The notes under the pieces: model-generated
What the model saw: the letters and a program-made list of their open reading frames with translations, nothing else
Databases searched by the model: none
What the model was told of the DNA's origin: nothing
Program-made: the position numbers and the translations under genes
Part shown: piece after piece, positions 18,002 to 28,039 of the stretch
How positions within the stretch are numbered: the stretch's first letter is position 1
Layout: the number at the start of each line of letters is the position of its first letter
Source: Christensenellaceae bacterium
GTDB lineage: Bacteria; Bacillota; Clostridia; Christensenellales; Borkfalkiaceae
Direction: 5' to 3'
Assembly (NCBI GenBank): GCA_045599205.1
Contig: JAZRVM010000015.1
Location: forward strand, 24,742-88,741
Length of the DNA: 64,000 nt

Positions 18002-19240
18002 CTAAACAAGTTCGGCTTTTGCACCGTCTTTGAATTCTCCTATAATTTTTATTTTTCTAAACGTTTTATCGTTTAATAAATTTCCTTCGACGTAAACCCT
18101 TACGTAATTCGCCGTATAGCCTTCGGTATATCCGTCAACGTACTCTTCCGGTAAAAAATCAAACTCTAACCCCGCATTCTTTTTTATGAACCGACTTTTA
18201 CACTCCGCTTTCTTTTCAAGAAGAATATCGAGTCTTGCTTTTTTTATCTCCGCCGGCAAATCTTTCATCTTAAATGCAACCGTGCCTTCTCTCGGTGAAA
18301 ATATAAAGGGGTGAATGTCCGAAAACTCTACCTTATCGATAAACGCCACCGTTTCCGAAAAGTTTTCGTCGGTCTCGGTAGGAAAACCCGCAATAATATC
18401 CGTCGTTATACCCGCTAACGGGAAATACTTTCTTATCAGTTCCACCTTATCAAAATATTCTTCCGGAGTATAATGGCGATTCATTTTTTTAAGAACTGCA
18501 CTTGAACCCGATTGTAAAGACAAGTGAAAATGCGGTGCAAAGTCCTTTAACCCTTTAAGCGAAATCAAAAACCTATCGTCTATTACGTTTACTTCTAAAG
18601 AGCCGAGCCTGATTCTCGTGTCAACGGTTTTTAATTTTTCCATTAAGCCCGCAAGGTCAACTCCCTGATAATTATAAGTTGTGAGATTTATGCCGTTTAT
18701 TACCGCTTCTTTTGGTTTTACCGTGTTTATTTCCCTTATAACACTTTCGGGATTCCTACCCCTACTTCTTCCGCGAAGATAAGGAATAATACAGTAAGAA
18801 CAAAAATTATTACAGCCGTCTTGAACTTTAATATACATTCTTGTTCTTAAAGACTTAACGGGCAACAATTCTTCAAATTCGCTCTGTTCGGGGAAAATAC
18901 ATTCTCCCTTTTTATCTAACATTTTAAGGATTTCGTTTTTGTTAAAAACGCCCGTAATCAAACTTGCATTATCTTTTTCGGTAAACGGTTTTGGATTTTT
19001 TTGACAGGCACAACCCGTAAAAATTATCGATGCGTTCGGATTCAGTTTTTTTATTCGGCTACTCATTTGACGGGATTTTTTTTCCGCTTCCTTCGTAACG
19101 GCGCACGTGTTGACAATATAAAGGTCAGCAACAGTTAATTTGTCGCTGACTTCATACCCCATTTGCGTTAAACCCGCTATTAAAGAATCGCTCTCACATT
19201 CGTTTACTTTACAGCCGAGAGTAAAAACAACTACCTTCAT
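18002..19240 (-). CDS. mtaB: tRNA threonylcarbamoyladenosine methylthiotransferase MtaB (radical SAM)
   Basis: 412 aa. N-terminal MTTase domain (FTLGCKVNECES) and a radical-SAM CNNFCSYC motif. Its position after prmA matches B. subtilis yqeV. Confidence 0.85.
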   Translation of the reverse strand: MKVVVFTLGCKVNECESDSLIAGLTQMGYEVSDKLTVADLYIVNTCAVTKEAEKKSRQMSSRIKKLNPNASIIFTGCACQKNPKPFTEKDNASLITGVFNKNEILKMLDKKGECIFPEQSEFEELLPVKSLRTRMYIKVQDGCNNFCSYCIIPYLRGRSRGRNPESVIREINTVKPKEAVINGINLTTYNYQGVDLAGLMEKLKTVDTRIRLGSLEVNVIDDRFLISLKGLKDFAPHFHLSLQSGSSAVLKKMNRHYTPEEYFDKVELIRKYFPLAGITTDIIAGFPTETDENFSETVAFIDKVEFSDIHPFIFSPREGTVAFKMKDLPAEIKKARLDILLEKKAECKSRFIKKNAGLEFDFLPEEYVDGYTEGYTANYVRVYVEGNLLNDKTFRKIKIIGEFKDGAKAELV

Positions 19241-20172
19241 AATCCCTTTTTAACAACGAGTGCCGACCACTCGCCTTTAATTTTGTGTTCAAGATAGGTA
19301 AAGCCGACGTTTTCATAAGCCTTTCTTACCTTATCTAATCTATCGGCTAAAATACCGCTTAAAATTATCGTTCCGCCGTCTAATAAGTTGGCACCGATAA
19401 AAGGCGCAAACGAAATTAAAACTTCTGCCATAATATTGCACACGATAACGTTGCCCCTTTCGTTATTATCGTCTAATAAATTTTTAAGTAAAACTTTTGC
19501 GTTAAAAACGCCGTTAAGTTGAATATTATGAGTCGTTGCCGTTACTGCACACTCGTCGATATCGGTCATTATAACTTCTTTTGCACCGAGTTTACTTGCC
19601 GATATACCCAAAATACCGCTACCGCATCCAACGTCTAAAACCACGTCGCTTTTTTTAACGTACTTATTAAGGTATTCGACACACATAGATGTCGTTTCGT
19701 GTTCGCCCGTTCCGAAAGCCATATTCGAATCAAGCAAAACCTTTATTTCGCCGTCTTTTGGACTATATTGTATCCATTCGGGTACTATGACGATTTTACC
19801 TATATGTATTGGCTTAAAATGTTCTTTCCATTGTTCGTGCCAAAGGTCCCCGTCGATTTCACGTTTAACGGCTTCTAACGTACCCACGTCAAATTGACTG
19901 TTGTTCTTAAGCACAATTAAATCGTTTTCAACCTTACGGATAATCTCATTTGCTCCGTCAATGGGAAAAAATCCTTTAACCAAAACAGTCGTATCTTTTT
20001 TAAGCACTTCGTCATCGATATAATCCCACGTTTTACCTTGTTTTTCCAACTCGATAACGTCGGCAATATCGCTTATTACCACACCGCTATCGGTATAATT
20101 CCATAAAATATCACTGACAAGTTCTCCGCCGAAATGCGTTGTCGTTACAGTAAGTTCAATATAATTATTCAT
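19237..20172 (-). CDS. prmA: ribosomal protein L11 methyltransferase
   Basis: 311 aa with SAM motif VLDVGCGSGILGI. It follows dnaJ, as in the Firmicute dnaK operon. Confidence 0.85.
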   Translation of the reverse strand: MNNYIELTVTTTHFGGELVSDILWNYTDSGVVISDIADVIELEKQGKTWDYIDDEVLKKDTTVLVKGFFPIDGANEIIRKVENDLIVLKNNSQFDVGTLEAVKREIDGDLWHEQWKEHFKPIHIGKIVIVPEWIQYSPKDGEIKVLLDSNMAFGTGEHETTSMCVEYLNKYVKKSDVVLDVGCGSGILGISASKLGAKEVIMTDIDECAVTATTHNIQLNGVFNAKVLLKNLLDDNNERGNVIVCNIMAEVLISFAPFIGANLLDGGTIILSGILADRLDKVRKAYENVGFTYLEHKIKGEWSALVVKKGL

Positions 20173-20174
20173 AA

Positions 20175-21314
20175 CTAATCGTCGTATGGGTCAACGCCGT
20201 AAAGCGCTTCCATATTCTCTCTGTATTTCTTCATTTGGGGTGTATATTTTATATCTCCAGATGCCGAGAAAGATAAAAGGGCTTTCTTTTGTTCCTGTGA
20301 AATTTTCGTTGGAACTTCAACGATTACTTCTATATAAAGGTCGCCCGTTCCCCTTGACGTCTTGATACCTTTTCCACGAATAAAGAAAACTTTTCCGCTT
20401 TGCGTTCCTTCCGGTATTGAGTAAAATATCGTTTCGTCGATAAGCGGAACGCTGATGTTTCCGCCCATAACCGCCGTCTTAAAATCAATCGGAACTTGAA
20501 CGTAAAGGTCAAATTTTTTGCGCTTGAATATCTTGCTCGGTTCAACGTTTATAACTATAATAAGGTCGCCGGACTCTCCACCGTTTTTGCTGGCGTCCCC
20601 ATAACCTATTTTACGAATATAACTGCCCGTATCTGCGCCTGCCGGAATATCCAAAGAAAGTTTGGTCGTAGTCTTTAAGTAACCCTTACCCCTACAGTCG
20701 GGACATTGCTCCAAAATCTTTTTACCCGTACCGTGGCACTCGTCACAAGGGCGAACGGAAACCGAGCGGAAAATACCGTTTGAAGTAGAGTACTGAACTT
20801 CCCCCGCACCATGGCATTTTTCACACGTTTTATAAGCGGTGCCGTTTTTCGCACCCGTACCCCTACAAGATTTACACGGCTCGTTACGTGTATATGAAAT
20901 ATCCCTTTGGCAACCTTTTGCAGCGTCCATAAACGAAATGTTGAGTTCCAACGTAACGTCATCACCTTTTTCTTGAACAGGCTCGTGTTTTCTACTGCTC
21001 TTAAATCCACCGAATCCGCCACCGAAAATGTCGCTGAAAATATCTTCGAAGCCACCAAATCCGCCTGAACCGCCGAATCCACTAAAACCACCCATGTTCG
21101 GGTGTTCTTGTTGAAAGTCATATTCCTTTCTTTTTTTCTCGTCGGACAATACTTCGTTCGCTTCGTTTATTTCCTTAAACTTCTCTGCCGCTTCTTTATC
21201 TCCGGGATGAAGGTCGGGGTGATATTTTTTTACAAGTACACGATAAGCTTTTTTTATATCGTCACTCGAAGCGTTTTTATCAACGCCCAACGTCTCGTAA
21301 TAATTTTTTGCCAT
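20175..21314 (-). CDS. dnaJ: molecular chaperone DnaJ
   Basis: J-domain (YYETLGV...[14 protein letters not shown]), a G/F region and four CxxCxG zinc motifs. Confidence 0.95.
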   Translation of the reverse strand: MAKNYYETLGVDKNASSDDIKKAYRVLVKKYHPDLHPGDKEAAEKFKEINEANEVLSDEKKRKEYDFQQEHPNMGGFSGFGGSGGFGGFEDIFSDIFGGGFGGFKSSRKHEPVQEKGDDVTLELNISFMDAAKGCQRDISYTRNEPCKSCRGTGAKNGTAYKTCEKCHGAGEVQYSTSNGIFRSVSVRPCDECHGTGKKILEQCPDCRGKGYLKTTTKLSLDIPAGADTGSYIRKIGYGDASKNGGESGDLIIVINVEPSKIFKRKKFDLYVQVPIDFKTAVMGGNISVPLIDETIFYSIPEGTQSGKVFFIRGKGIKTSRGTGDLYIEVIVEVPTKISQEQKKALLSFSASGDIKYTPQMKKYRENMEALYGVDPYDD

Positions 21315-21333
21315 AAAATCCTCTTTATACGCA

Positions 21334-21368
21334 ATATACAGAAAGGCGATTCTTGCCTTTCTGTATAT
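21334..21368 (-). promoter_or_regulatory. 14-bp perfect stem-loop in the dnaK-dnaJ intergenic region
   Basis: atatacagaaaggc (21334-21347) pairs with gcctttctgtatat (21355-21368). No strong U-tract follows, so this is more likely a processing or stability element than a full terminator. Confidence 0.6.
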
Positions 21369-21385
21369 ATTTGCTTACCTTTTAA

Positions 21386-23188
21386 TTATTGATGGAATTC
21401 GGTATCTCCGTTTTCGGCACCACCGTTACCCGCATTATTCGGGTCGCCGTTCGGGTTTGCCTGTTGATAAACTTTCGCAAAAATTGTTTGAGATTCGTTT
21501 GAAAGCTTTTCGGTCGCTTTAACGATTCTGTCGTTATCGTTTGATTCGAGTTCGACTTTGGCTTCTTTAACAGACTCTTCGAGTTTTGCTTTATCTTCGT
21601 CGGTAAGTTTATCGCCAACGTCCTTAATAGATTTTTCGATTGTGAAGATAAGCCCGTCGAGTTTATTATGATTATCTACTGCTTCCTTACGCTTTTTATC
21701 TTCTTCTTCGTATTGTTTTGCTTCTTTTACTGCCTTGTCGATATCTGCGTCGGAAAGGTTAGTTGAAGAAGTAATCGTAATGTTTTGTGATTTACCCGTT
21801 CCCATATCCTTTGCCGAAACGTTTACGATACCGTTTGCGTCGATATCAAACGTTACTTCGATTTGCGGAATTCCACGTGGCGCAGGAGCAATTCCGTTTA
21901 ACACGAAGTTGCCGAGCGTTTTGTTGTCTTTTGCAAATTCTCTTTCACCTTGTAAAATATGAATATCTACTTGCGTTTGGTTATCCGCTGCGGTTGAGAA
22001 TACTTGCGATTTCTTTACAGGAATCGTCGTGTTTCTTTCAATAAGTTTCGTGCATACGCCACCAAGCGTTTCGATACCGAGTGATAACGGCGTAACGTCG
22101 AGTAATAAAACGTCCTTTACTTCGCCGGATAAAACACCGCCTTGGATTGCGGCACCGATTGCAACGCACTCGTCAGGGTTGATGCCCTTAAATGGCTCTT
22201 TACCCGTAACCTGTCTTACCTTATCAACGACAGCCGGAATACGTGTCGAACCACCTACCAAAATAACCTTATCGATATCGGAATAAGAAAGTTTTGCGTC
22301 TTCCATAGCCTTTTTGAGCGGAACTACCGTAGCTTCTACAAGGTCGGAGGTTAATGCGTCGAACTTTTGCTTTGTTAAGGTTACGTCCAAGTGCTTAGGT
22401 CCCGTTGCATCTGCAGTAATAAACGGCAAGTTAACGTTGGTTTGCGTCATACCCGAAAGTTCGATTTTTGCCTTTTCTGCAGCCTCTTTAAGTCTTTGCA
22501 TAGCAAGTTTATCATTAGATAAATCTATGCCCTCCTTTGCCTTAAATTCGCTAACCAAATAATCCATAATCTTTTTATCGAAGTCGTCGCCACCGAGTAA
22601 GCAGTTACCGTTGGTTGCCAAAACTTCGAAAACACCGTCGCCTATTTCCATAATCGAAACGTCGAACGTTCCACCGCCAAGGTCGTAAATAATAACCTTT
22701 TGCGTTTTACCTTCCTTATCAAGGCCGTACGAAAGAGCTGCTGCCGTCGGTTCGTTGATAATACGAAGTACGTTAAGCCCTGCAATTTTACCTGCGTCCT
22801 TCGTTGCTTGACGTTGACTGTCGCTAAAATAAGCAGGACAGGTAATAACGGCGTCGGTTACCGTACCACCCAAATAACTTTCGGCGTCCTTTTTGAGTTT
22901 TGATAAAATCATAGCCGAAATTTCTTGCGGAGTGTATTGTTTTTCGTCAATACTTACTTTATAGTCGGAACCCATGTGTCTTTTAATCGATGCAACGGTC
23001 CTATCGGCATTACTTACCGCCTGACGCTTCGCAACTTGACCTACGAGTCTTTCTCCGTTCTTTTGAAAAGCAACAACGGACGGAGTCGTACGAGAACCTT
23101 CCGTGTTGGCAATTACTACCGGTTCACCGTTTTCCATAACGGCAACGCATGAGTTTGTTGTCCCTAAATCGATACCTATTGTTTTCAT
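21386..23188 (-). CDS. dnaK: molecular chaperone DnaK (Hsp70)
   Basis: 600 aa: [24 protein letters not shown] and the rest of the Hsp70 signature set. Confidence 0.97.
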   Translation of the reverse strand: MKTIGIDLGTTNSCVAVMENGEPVVIANTEGSRTTPSVVAFQKNGERLVGQVAKRQAVSNADRTVASIKRHMGSDYKVSIDEKQYTPQEISAMILSKLKKDAESYLGGTVTDAVITCPAYFSDSQRQATKDAGKIAGLNVLRIINEPTAAALSYGLDKEGKTQKVIIYDLGGGTFDVSIMEIGDGVFEVLATNGNCLLGGDDFDKKIMDYLVSEFKAKEGIDLSNDKLAMQRLKEAAEKAKIELSGMTQTNVNLPFITADATGPKHLDVTLTKQKFDALTSDLVEATVVPLKKAMEDAKLSYSDIDKVILVGGSTRIPAVVDKVRQVTGKEPFKGINPDECVAIGAAIQGGVLSGEVKDVLLLDVTPLSLGIETLGGVCTKLIERNTTIPVKKSQVFSTAADNQTQVDIHILQGEREFAKDNKTLGNFVLNGIAPAPRGIPQIEVTFDIDANGIVNVSAKDMGTGKSQNITITSSTNLSDADIDKAVKEAKQYEEEDKKRKEAVDNHNKLDGLIFTIEKSIKDVGDKLTDEDKAKLEESVKEAKVELESNDNDRIVKATEKLSNESQTIFAKVYQQANPNGDPNNAGNGGAENGDTEFHQ

Positions 23189-23210
23189 ATATATTATCTC
23201 CTATTATTTT

Positions 23211-23759
23211 TTATTTCACTACGCTGACTTTAGCGTATCTTATTATTTTCCCTTTTAACTTATATCCCTTATAAAGTACGGATTTAACGGTGTCGGACTG
23301 TTCGCCCTCCTCGCCTTCCACTTGCATAATCGCTTCGGCAATTTCGGGATTAAACACTTCCCCTACGGGGTTAATCTCTTCAACTTCCATACTCTTTAAC
23401 GTTTCATCGAATTTACGTTTAATATTTTTTAGGCCTTCCAAAGTTTTTTCGTCAAGGTCAAGAGTCATTGCCCAGTCCAAATTGTCGCCTACGGGTAAAA
23501 TTTTAATTATTGCTTCCTTTTCACCGTCGGCAAAGGCTTCCGAATAAAGCGATGCGTTACGCTTTTTATAGTTATCGAACTCGGCAACGTTTCTCATCCA
23601 TTTATCTTTGATTTCGGCGTTCTCTTTTTTGAGTGCTTCAATCTCTTCGGTAAGTTTTTCAACGTCGGGTTTTTGATTCTCCGTCGAACTTTTTTCGGGT
23701 TTTTCCTTTACGGGTTTTTCCTTTTTTACGTTGGTTTCTTTGTTCTTCTCGTTGTCCAT
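23211..23759 (-). CDS. grpE: nucleotide exchange factor GrpE
   Basis: 182 aa: coiled-coil N-terminus and a GrpE core (RNVAEFDNYKKR). Confidence 0.9.
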   Translation of the reverse strand: MDNEKNKETNVKKEKPVKEKPEKSSTENQKPDVEKLTEEIEALKKENAEIKDKWMRNVAEFDNYKKRNASLYSEAFADGEKEAIIKILPVGDNLDWAMTLDLDEKTLEGLKNIKRKFDETLKSMEVEEINPVGEVFNPEIAEAIMQVEGEEGEQSDTVKSVLYKGYKLKGKIIRYAKVSVVK

Positions 23760-23767
23760 TTTATCTC

Positions 23768-24790
23768 CTACTTATTATTAAGAATACTCTCTAATATTTT
23801 TCCGACGCCTTCTAAAACGGAAATTACTTTTTGATAGTCCATACGAAGCGGTCCGATTACGCCGTACGTTCCCATTTTAACCCCGCTTGCGGAATAGGTT
23901 GCAGTAACGAGTGAATAATCGTCGGGAACGTCCTTATCGTTTTCGCCACCGATTTTTATGTTAATCTCGATATCGTCGCTTCCCGTCGAAAGCATGTCGG
24001 CAAGTTTATCTTTACTTGTTACGACGGATAAAAAGTTCTTTATTTTTTCGGAATCGTTATACTCCGGATTATTGAGAATTTTGCTTTCACCTTCCATAAT
24101 AACGTCAGAACTTTTATTTACGATATAATCTTCAATGGCACTTATAACGCTATCGAAAATTTCACGGTAAGAATCGAATTCTTCGTTGACGATTGTTTCG
24201 ACGTTGAGAATTTCGCTGAAGTCCTTACCGACCAAAAGTTTTGAGATAAACGCACTTGCATCGGCAATTTGCGCATCTGTCATATCACTCGGTATGTCGA
24301 TAAACTTATCACGAATAAGCGTGTTCTCCGTTACAATAAGTAAAAGCGCTTGCGTCGGCTTATATCTGAATATGTCGATTTTAACGATTTTGTCTTTATC
24401 GCTGTGAACTGTGTACGCAACCGACGTGTAATCGGTTAATTCCGAAATAACTTTTACGGCATTTTTTACAACGCTTTCCAAGTTGTTCGTATGATTCTTA
24501 AAGGCTTCTTTTATCGTAGCAATCTCTTTTACGGACAACTTGCTTTTATCCATAAGTTCGTTGACGTAAAGTTTATACGCTTCAATAGACGGGACACGAC
24601 CGCTTGACGTGTGCGGTTGAGATAAATACCCCATTTCTTCAAGCCCCGCAAGTTCACTCCTTACAGTTGCCGAGCTAATGTCTGACATATATTTTTCGGT
24701 TATATTCTTGCTTGAAACAGGTTGCGCCGTCGTGATATAATCATCAACGACACATTGCAAAATTTTCTTTTTTCTGTCAGACAATTTCAT
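23768..24790 (-). CDS. hrcA: heat-inducible transcription repressor HrcA
   Basis: The track ORF starts at TTG 24892, which is actually the -35 box of the promoter. ATG at 24788-24790 (MKLSDRKKKILQCVVDDYI...) has GGAGA 7 nt upstream and lies downstream of CIRCE. Confidence 0.9.
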   Translation of the reverse strand: MKLSDRKKKILQCVVDDYITTAQPVSSKNITEKYMSDISSATVRSELAGLEEMGYLSQPHTSSGRVPSIEAYKLYVNELMDKSKLSVKEIATIKEAFKNHTNNLESVVKNAVKVISELTDYTSVAYTVHSDKDKIVKIDIFRYKPTQALLLIVTENTLIRDKFIDIPSDMTDAQIADASAFISKLLVGKDFSEILNVETIVNEEFDSYREIFDSVISAIEDYIVNKSSDVIMEGESKILNNPEYNDSEKIKNFLSVVTSKDKLADMLSTGSDDIEINIKIGGENDKDVPDDYSLVTATYSASGVKMGTYGVIGPLRMDYQKVISVLEGVGKILESILNNK

Positions 24791-24825
24791 TACGTATTCT
24801 CCTTGGCAAACTTTATTTGGGGTTG

Positions 24826-24852
24826 TTAGCACTCTTTTGTTGTAAGTGCCAA
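24826..24852. promoter_or_regulatory. CIRCE operator (HrcA binding site)
   Basis: TTAGCACTC-N9-AAGTGCCAA compared with the consensus TTAGCACTC-N9-GAGTGCTAA. The left arm is perfect and the right arm has 2 mismatches. It lies between the promoter and the hrcA start. Confidence 0.85.
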
Positions 24853-24863
24853 CTTTTGAGATT

Positions 24864-24892
24864 ATTGTACTATTATTTATTGCCCTTGTCAA
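24864..24892 (-). promoter_or_regulatory. sigma-A-type promoter of the hrcA-grpE-dnaK-dnaJ operon
   Basis: On the minus strand: TTGACA (24887-24892), 17-nt spacer, TACAAT (24864-24869), immediately upstream of CIRCE. Confidence 0.75.
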
Positions 24893-24933
24893 GAATATTT
24901 TATAATTTTTTTTAAATTTTTATAATAGTTTAT

Positions 24934-24973
24934 AAAAAAAATCAAGCCAACGAAAATCGGCTTGATTTTTTTG
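24934..24973 (-). terminator. intrinsic terminator after the alanine symporter gene
   Basis: Stem atcaagcc (24941-24948) / ggcttgat (24959-24966), flanked by A- and T-runs. Confidence 0.75.
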
Positions 24974-25042
24974 CGACTCCATAAAATGTTATTGCACATT
25001 GCGTAGGAAAACTTTATGGTAAAATTATTGTGTTTTATTTCT

Positions 25043-26485
25043 TTAATCGTTCTTTTCTTCTCCTTCGTATGCGGTAAGCATAGGTTTAATATCCGCACCT
25101 TTCTTTCTGTCAAAATAATTCTTGACGATTTTAACGAGTGTACCCGACAAAATAACGAGTGCGATAAGGTTAGGGAAAGCCATAAGTGCATTTGCCATAT
25201 CGGCAAACAACCAAACAAAGTCCGAACCCAAATTGCTTCCGAAAAAGAAAGTGAGTAATGCAATAACGATAATCAACGCAACGTAAACGACGTTATAAAT
25301 AAACTTGCTCTTTCTTTGGTGGTTCTTAAAGAGATATTCGACAGCCGTTCCGCCGTAAATTGCCCACGCAAGAATAGTCGTAAACGCAAAAAGCGGTAAT
25401 ATGATACTGTATGCAACCGTTCCGAACGTTCCGAAGAATCCCGAAAATGCGTTCATTGCAACCGTTGCGCCGTCAGTCCCGCCGACGTTTGTCGTTAAAA
25501 CCGCAAGTGCGGTAAGCGTACAAATTACGAAGGTATCAAGGAATACTTCGAAGATACCCCAAAGACCTTGTTCAACGGGTTCACGCACGTTTGCGTTACT
25601 GTGTGCTATCGGCGATGAACCGAGCCCTGCTTCGTTCGAGAAAATACCACGTGCAAATCCGAAACGCATTGCGCTTGCAATTCCGTACCCCGCAAATCCG
25701 CCGAGAACCGATTTCGTAGAAAAAGCCGAAGTGAATATCGACGCAAAGGCTGCCGGAATTACCGAAACGTGAGCGAATACCAAAATCAATGATAAGAGGA
25801 TAAACGCTATCGCCATGAAAGGAACGATAACCGATGCAACTTTGCCTATACGCTTAACACCGCCGATAATTACGAGTGAAGTTAAAATAGCAATAATAAT
25901 TGCCGTTACCCACGTCGGAATACTAAATGCGGAGTTCCACGTCTTTTGAATTGTATCCGCTTGAACGGAACCCATACCGACTGCAGCTATCGCAGTAAAA
26001 ACCGCAAAGACGATTGCAAGCCATTTTTGTTTCGTACCGTTTTCAATATAGTACATAGGTCCGCCGATATAATCACCTTCCGTACCCTTCTTGCGGTAAA
26101 AAATACCGAGAGTTATTTCGGAAAATTTGGTTACACAGCCGAAAAATGCGGAAATCCACATCCAAAAAACCGCACCCGGACCGCCGGAAATAATTGCCGT
26201 CGTTACACCGACGATATTACCCGTGCCAACCGTTCCCGAAACAGCGGTCGAAAACGCTTCAAAAGGAGAAACGATATTTTTATCGTTACATTTTTCGCCC
26301 TTACCACGCATTTGACGAATTGATTCGCCAAAAGTCTTTTTTAGAGATAATCCGAATTTTCTTATCTGTAAGACTTTTGTGATTATCGTTAAAAATATAC
26401 CGCACAAAAGCATAAGCACTATCATAGGTATGCCCCAGAGTATATTGCCGTCAATCCAGTTTAAAATGTCATAAACTACTTGCAT
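25043..26485 (-). CDS. alanine/glycine:cation symporter (AGCS family)
   Basis: 480-aa polytopic protein: ISPFEAFSTAVSGTVGTGNIVGV and FSNEAGLGSSPIAH are AGCS hallmarks. Confidence 0.85.
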   Translation of the reverse strand: MQVVYDILNWIDGNILWGIPMIVLMLLCGIFLTIITKVLQIRKFGLSLKKTFGESIRQMRGKGEKCNDKNIVSPFEAFSTAVSGTVGTGNIVGVTTAIISGGPGAVFWMWISAFFGCVTKFSEITLGIFYRKKGTEGDYIGGPMYYIENGTKQKWLAIVFAVFTAIAAVGMGSVQADTIQKTWNSAFSIPTWVTAIIIAILTSLVIIGGVKRIGKVASVIVPFMAIAFILLSLILVFAHVSVIPAAFASIFTSAFSTKSVLGGFAGYGIASAMRFGFARGIFSNEAGLGSSPIAHSNANVREPVEQGLWGIFEVFLDTFVICTLTALAVLTTNVGGTDGATVAMNAFSGFFGTFGTVAYSIILPLFAFTTILAWAIYGGTAVEYLFKNHQRKSKFIYNVVYVALIIVIALLTFFFGSNLGSDFVWLFADMANALMAFPNLIALVILSGTLVKIVKNYFDRKKGADIKPMLTAYEGEEKND

Positions 26486-26621
26486 GTCCTTTCCTTCTAT
26501 ATTTTTTTGTTTTATTATATTATGTTTAATAATAATATGTCAAACAATAAATAAAAAAAAGGGAAAAAGCCGTTAAAAAAACGATTTTAACGACTTTTTT
26601 TATGCTTTTGTTTAATAAAAT

Positions 26622-27881
26622 CTATTTTCTGATACCGCACTTACCCGTAACTAAATACTTCGTTGTCAAAAGTGCGTCAAGACCCATAGGTCCACGTGCA
26701 TGAAGTTTTTGAGTTGAAATGCCTATTTCCGCACCAAGTCCGAAAATAAATCCGTCGGTAAACCTTGTCGATGCATTTTGATAAACCGTTGACGAATCTA
26801 TAAGTCGCATAAACTTTTCGGCGTTTTCCTTGTTTTCGGTTATTATCGTTTCCGAGTGATGCGTCGAACAAGCGTTAATGTGTTCGATTGCTTGGTCAAG
26901 GCTATCCACCGTCTTTACGGAAATAATCGGTCCGCCGTATTCGGTAAAGAAATCGTCCTGAACGGCTTTTACGGCAAACGGGTAATCCTTTATTGCGGAT
27001 AGCGATTTACCGTCGCAACGAATTTCGACTTCCATTTCGCCGAGTTTACTTGCAACAGCAGGTAAAATATCATTTAACACGGTTTTATGAATAACGATTG
27101 ATTCGAGAGTGTTACAAGTGCTGTAACGTTGCGTTTTAGCATTAAAGATAATATCGACTGCCTTTTGCTTGTCGGCAAACTCGTCGATATATGCGTGGCA
27201 ATTTCCTGCCCCCGTTTCGATAATAGGAACGGTTGCCGTCGATAAAGCCGTGTCAATGAGTTTTGCACTCCCCCTTGGAATAAGAAGGTCGACGTAACCT
27301 TTCATTTTCATAAACTTATTCGCCGTTTCGTGCGAAGTGTCTTCGATAAGCGAAATGGCGTTTTCGTCGATACCGTTTTTATAAAGCCCGTCTTTTATAA
27401 CTTCTACGATTGCCTTATTTGAGTTAATCGAGTCCGAACCACCACGCAAAATTACTGCGTTTTTCGTCTTAAAACAAAGTGCAAAAGCGTCGGCTGTTAC
27501 GTTAGGGCGAGATTCGAAAATAATACCGATAACGCCAAACGGAACTTTGATTTCTTTGATTTTTATTCTTTGCTTGCCGTTATTAAATTTTCTTACGACT
27601 TTGCCTTCGGGACTTTTAAGTTTGGTAACTTTTTTAAGCCCATCTGCCATAGACGAAATCACTTCGTCGGTAAGAGTGAGTCTATCGATAAAAGCGTCGT
27701 TTTTACCGTTCGCCTTTGCGTTTACGATATCTTTTAAGTTTTCAGCCTTTATTTTTTCCTTGCCGAACAATAAAAGTTTTGCTACCGTTTTAAGGGTTTT
27801 ATTTATTCTTTTTTCGGTTAAAGTTGAAAGCGAAGAAACGCTTTTTTTTGCGTTTTCGCATAACGTTTTTAAGTTACTCAT
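26622..27881 (-). CDS. proA: gamma-glutamyl phosphate reductase
   Basis: 419 aa of the aldehyde-dehydrogenase-type ProA family (GVIGIIFESRPNVT, CNTLESIVIH). No proB is adjacent. Confidence 0.9.
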   Translation of the reverse strand: MSNLKTLCENAKKSVSSLSTLTEKRINKTLKTVAKLLLFGKEKIKAENLKDIVNAKANGKNDAFIDRLTLTDEVISSMADGLKKVTKLKSPEGKVVRKFNNGKQRIKIKEIKVPFGVIGIIFESRPNVTADAFALCFKTKNAVILRGGSDSINSNKAIVEVIKDGLYKNGIDENAISLIEDTSHETANKFMKMKGYVDLLIPRGSAKLIDTALSTATVPIIETGAGNCHAYIDEFADKQKAVDIIFNAKTQRYSTCNTLESIVIHKTVLNDILPAVASKLGEMEVEIRCDGKSLSAIKDYPFAVKAVQDDFFTEYGGPIISVKTVDSLDQAIEHINACSTHHSETIITENKENAEKFMRLIDSSTVYQNASTRFTDGFIFGLGAEIGISTQKLHARGPMGLDALLTTKYLVTGKCGIRK

Positions 27882-28000
27882 TTTCCACCCACTTTATTGA
27901 CGTTTAATTATTTTTTCAAATGAAATATACCCACATCCGCTTATAATAAACCTGACTTCGGTATTTTTTTCGATTATACAATATTCTTTTCGATTTGTAA

Positions 28001-28034
28001 ACAAAAAAAGAGAAAACAACGTGTGTTTTCTCTC
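28001..28034 (-). terminator. intrinsic terminator after malQ
   Basis: Stem gagaaaaca (28010-28018) / tgttttctc (28024-28032), with a U-tract on the minus strand. Confidence 0.75.
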
Positions 28035-28039
28035 TTTTA

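Noticed and set aside
20675-21121. 148-aa minus-strand ORF inside dnaJ (alternative frame); similar short same-strand ORFs at 20330-20545, 21382-21618, 26677-26871, 27074-27268, 28642-28827 and 52712-52996
   Set aside because: These are alternative frames of clearly assigned genes. They show no independent signals, and their arginine/serine-rich translations are typical of off-frame reading.
24889-25263. 124-aa minus-strand ORF spanning the symporter 3' end and the hrcA promoter region
   Set aside because: It overlaps the well-supported AGCS symporter gene out of frame, and also overlaps the terminator at 24934-24973. It has no SD and an odd composition.
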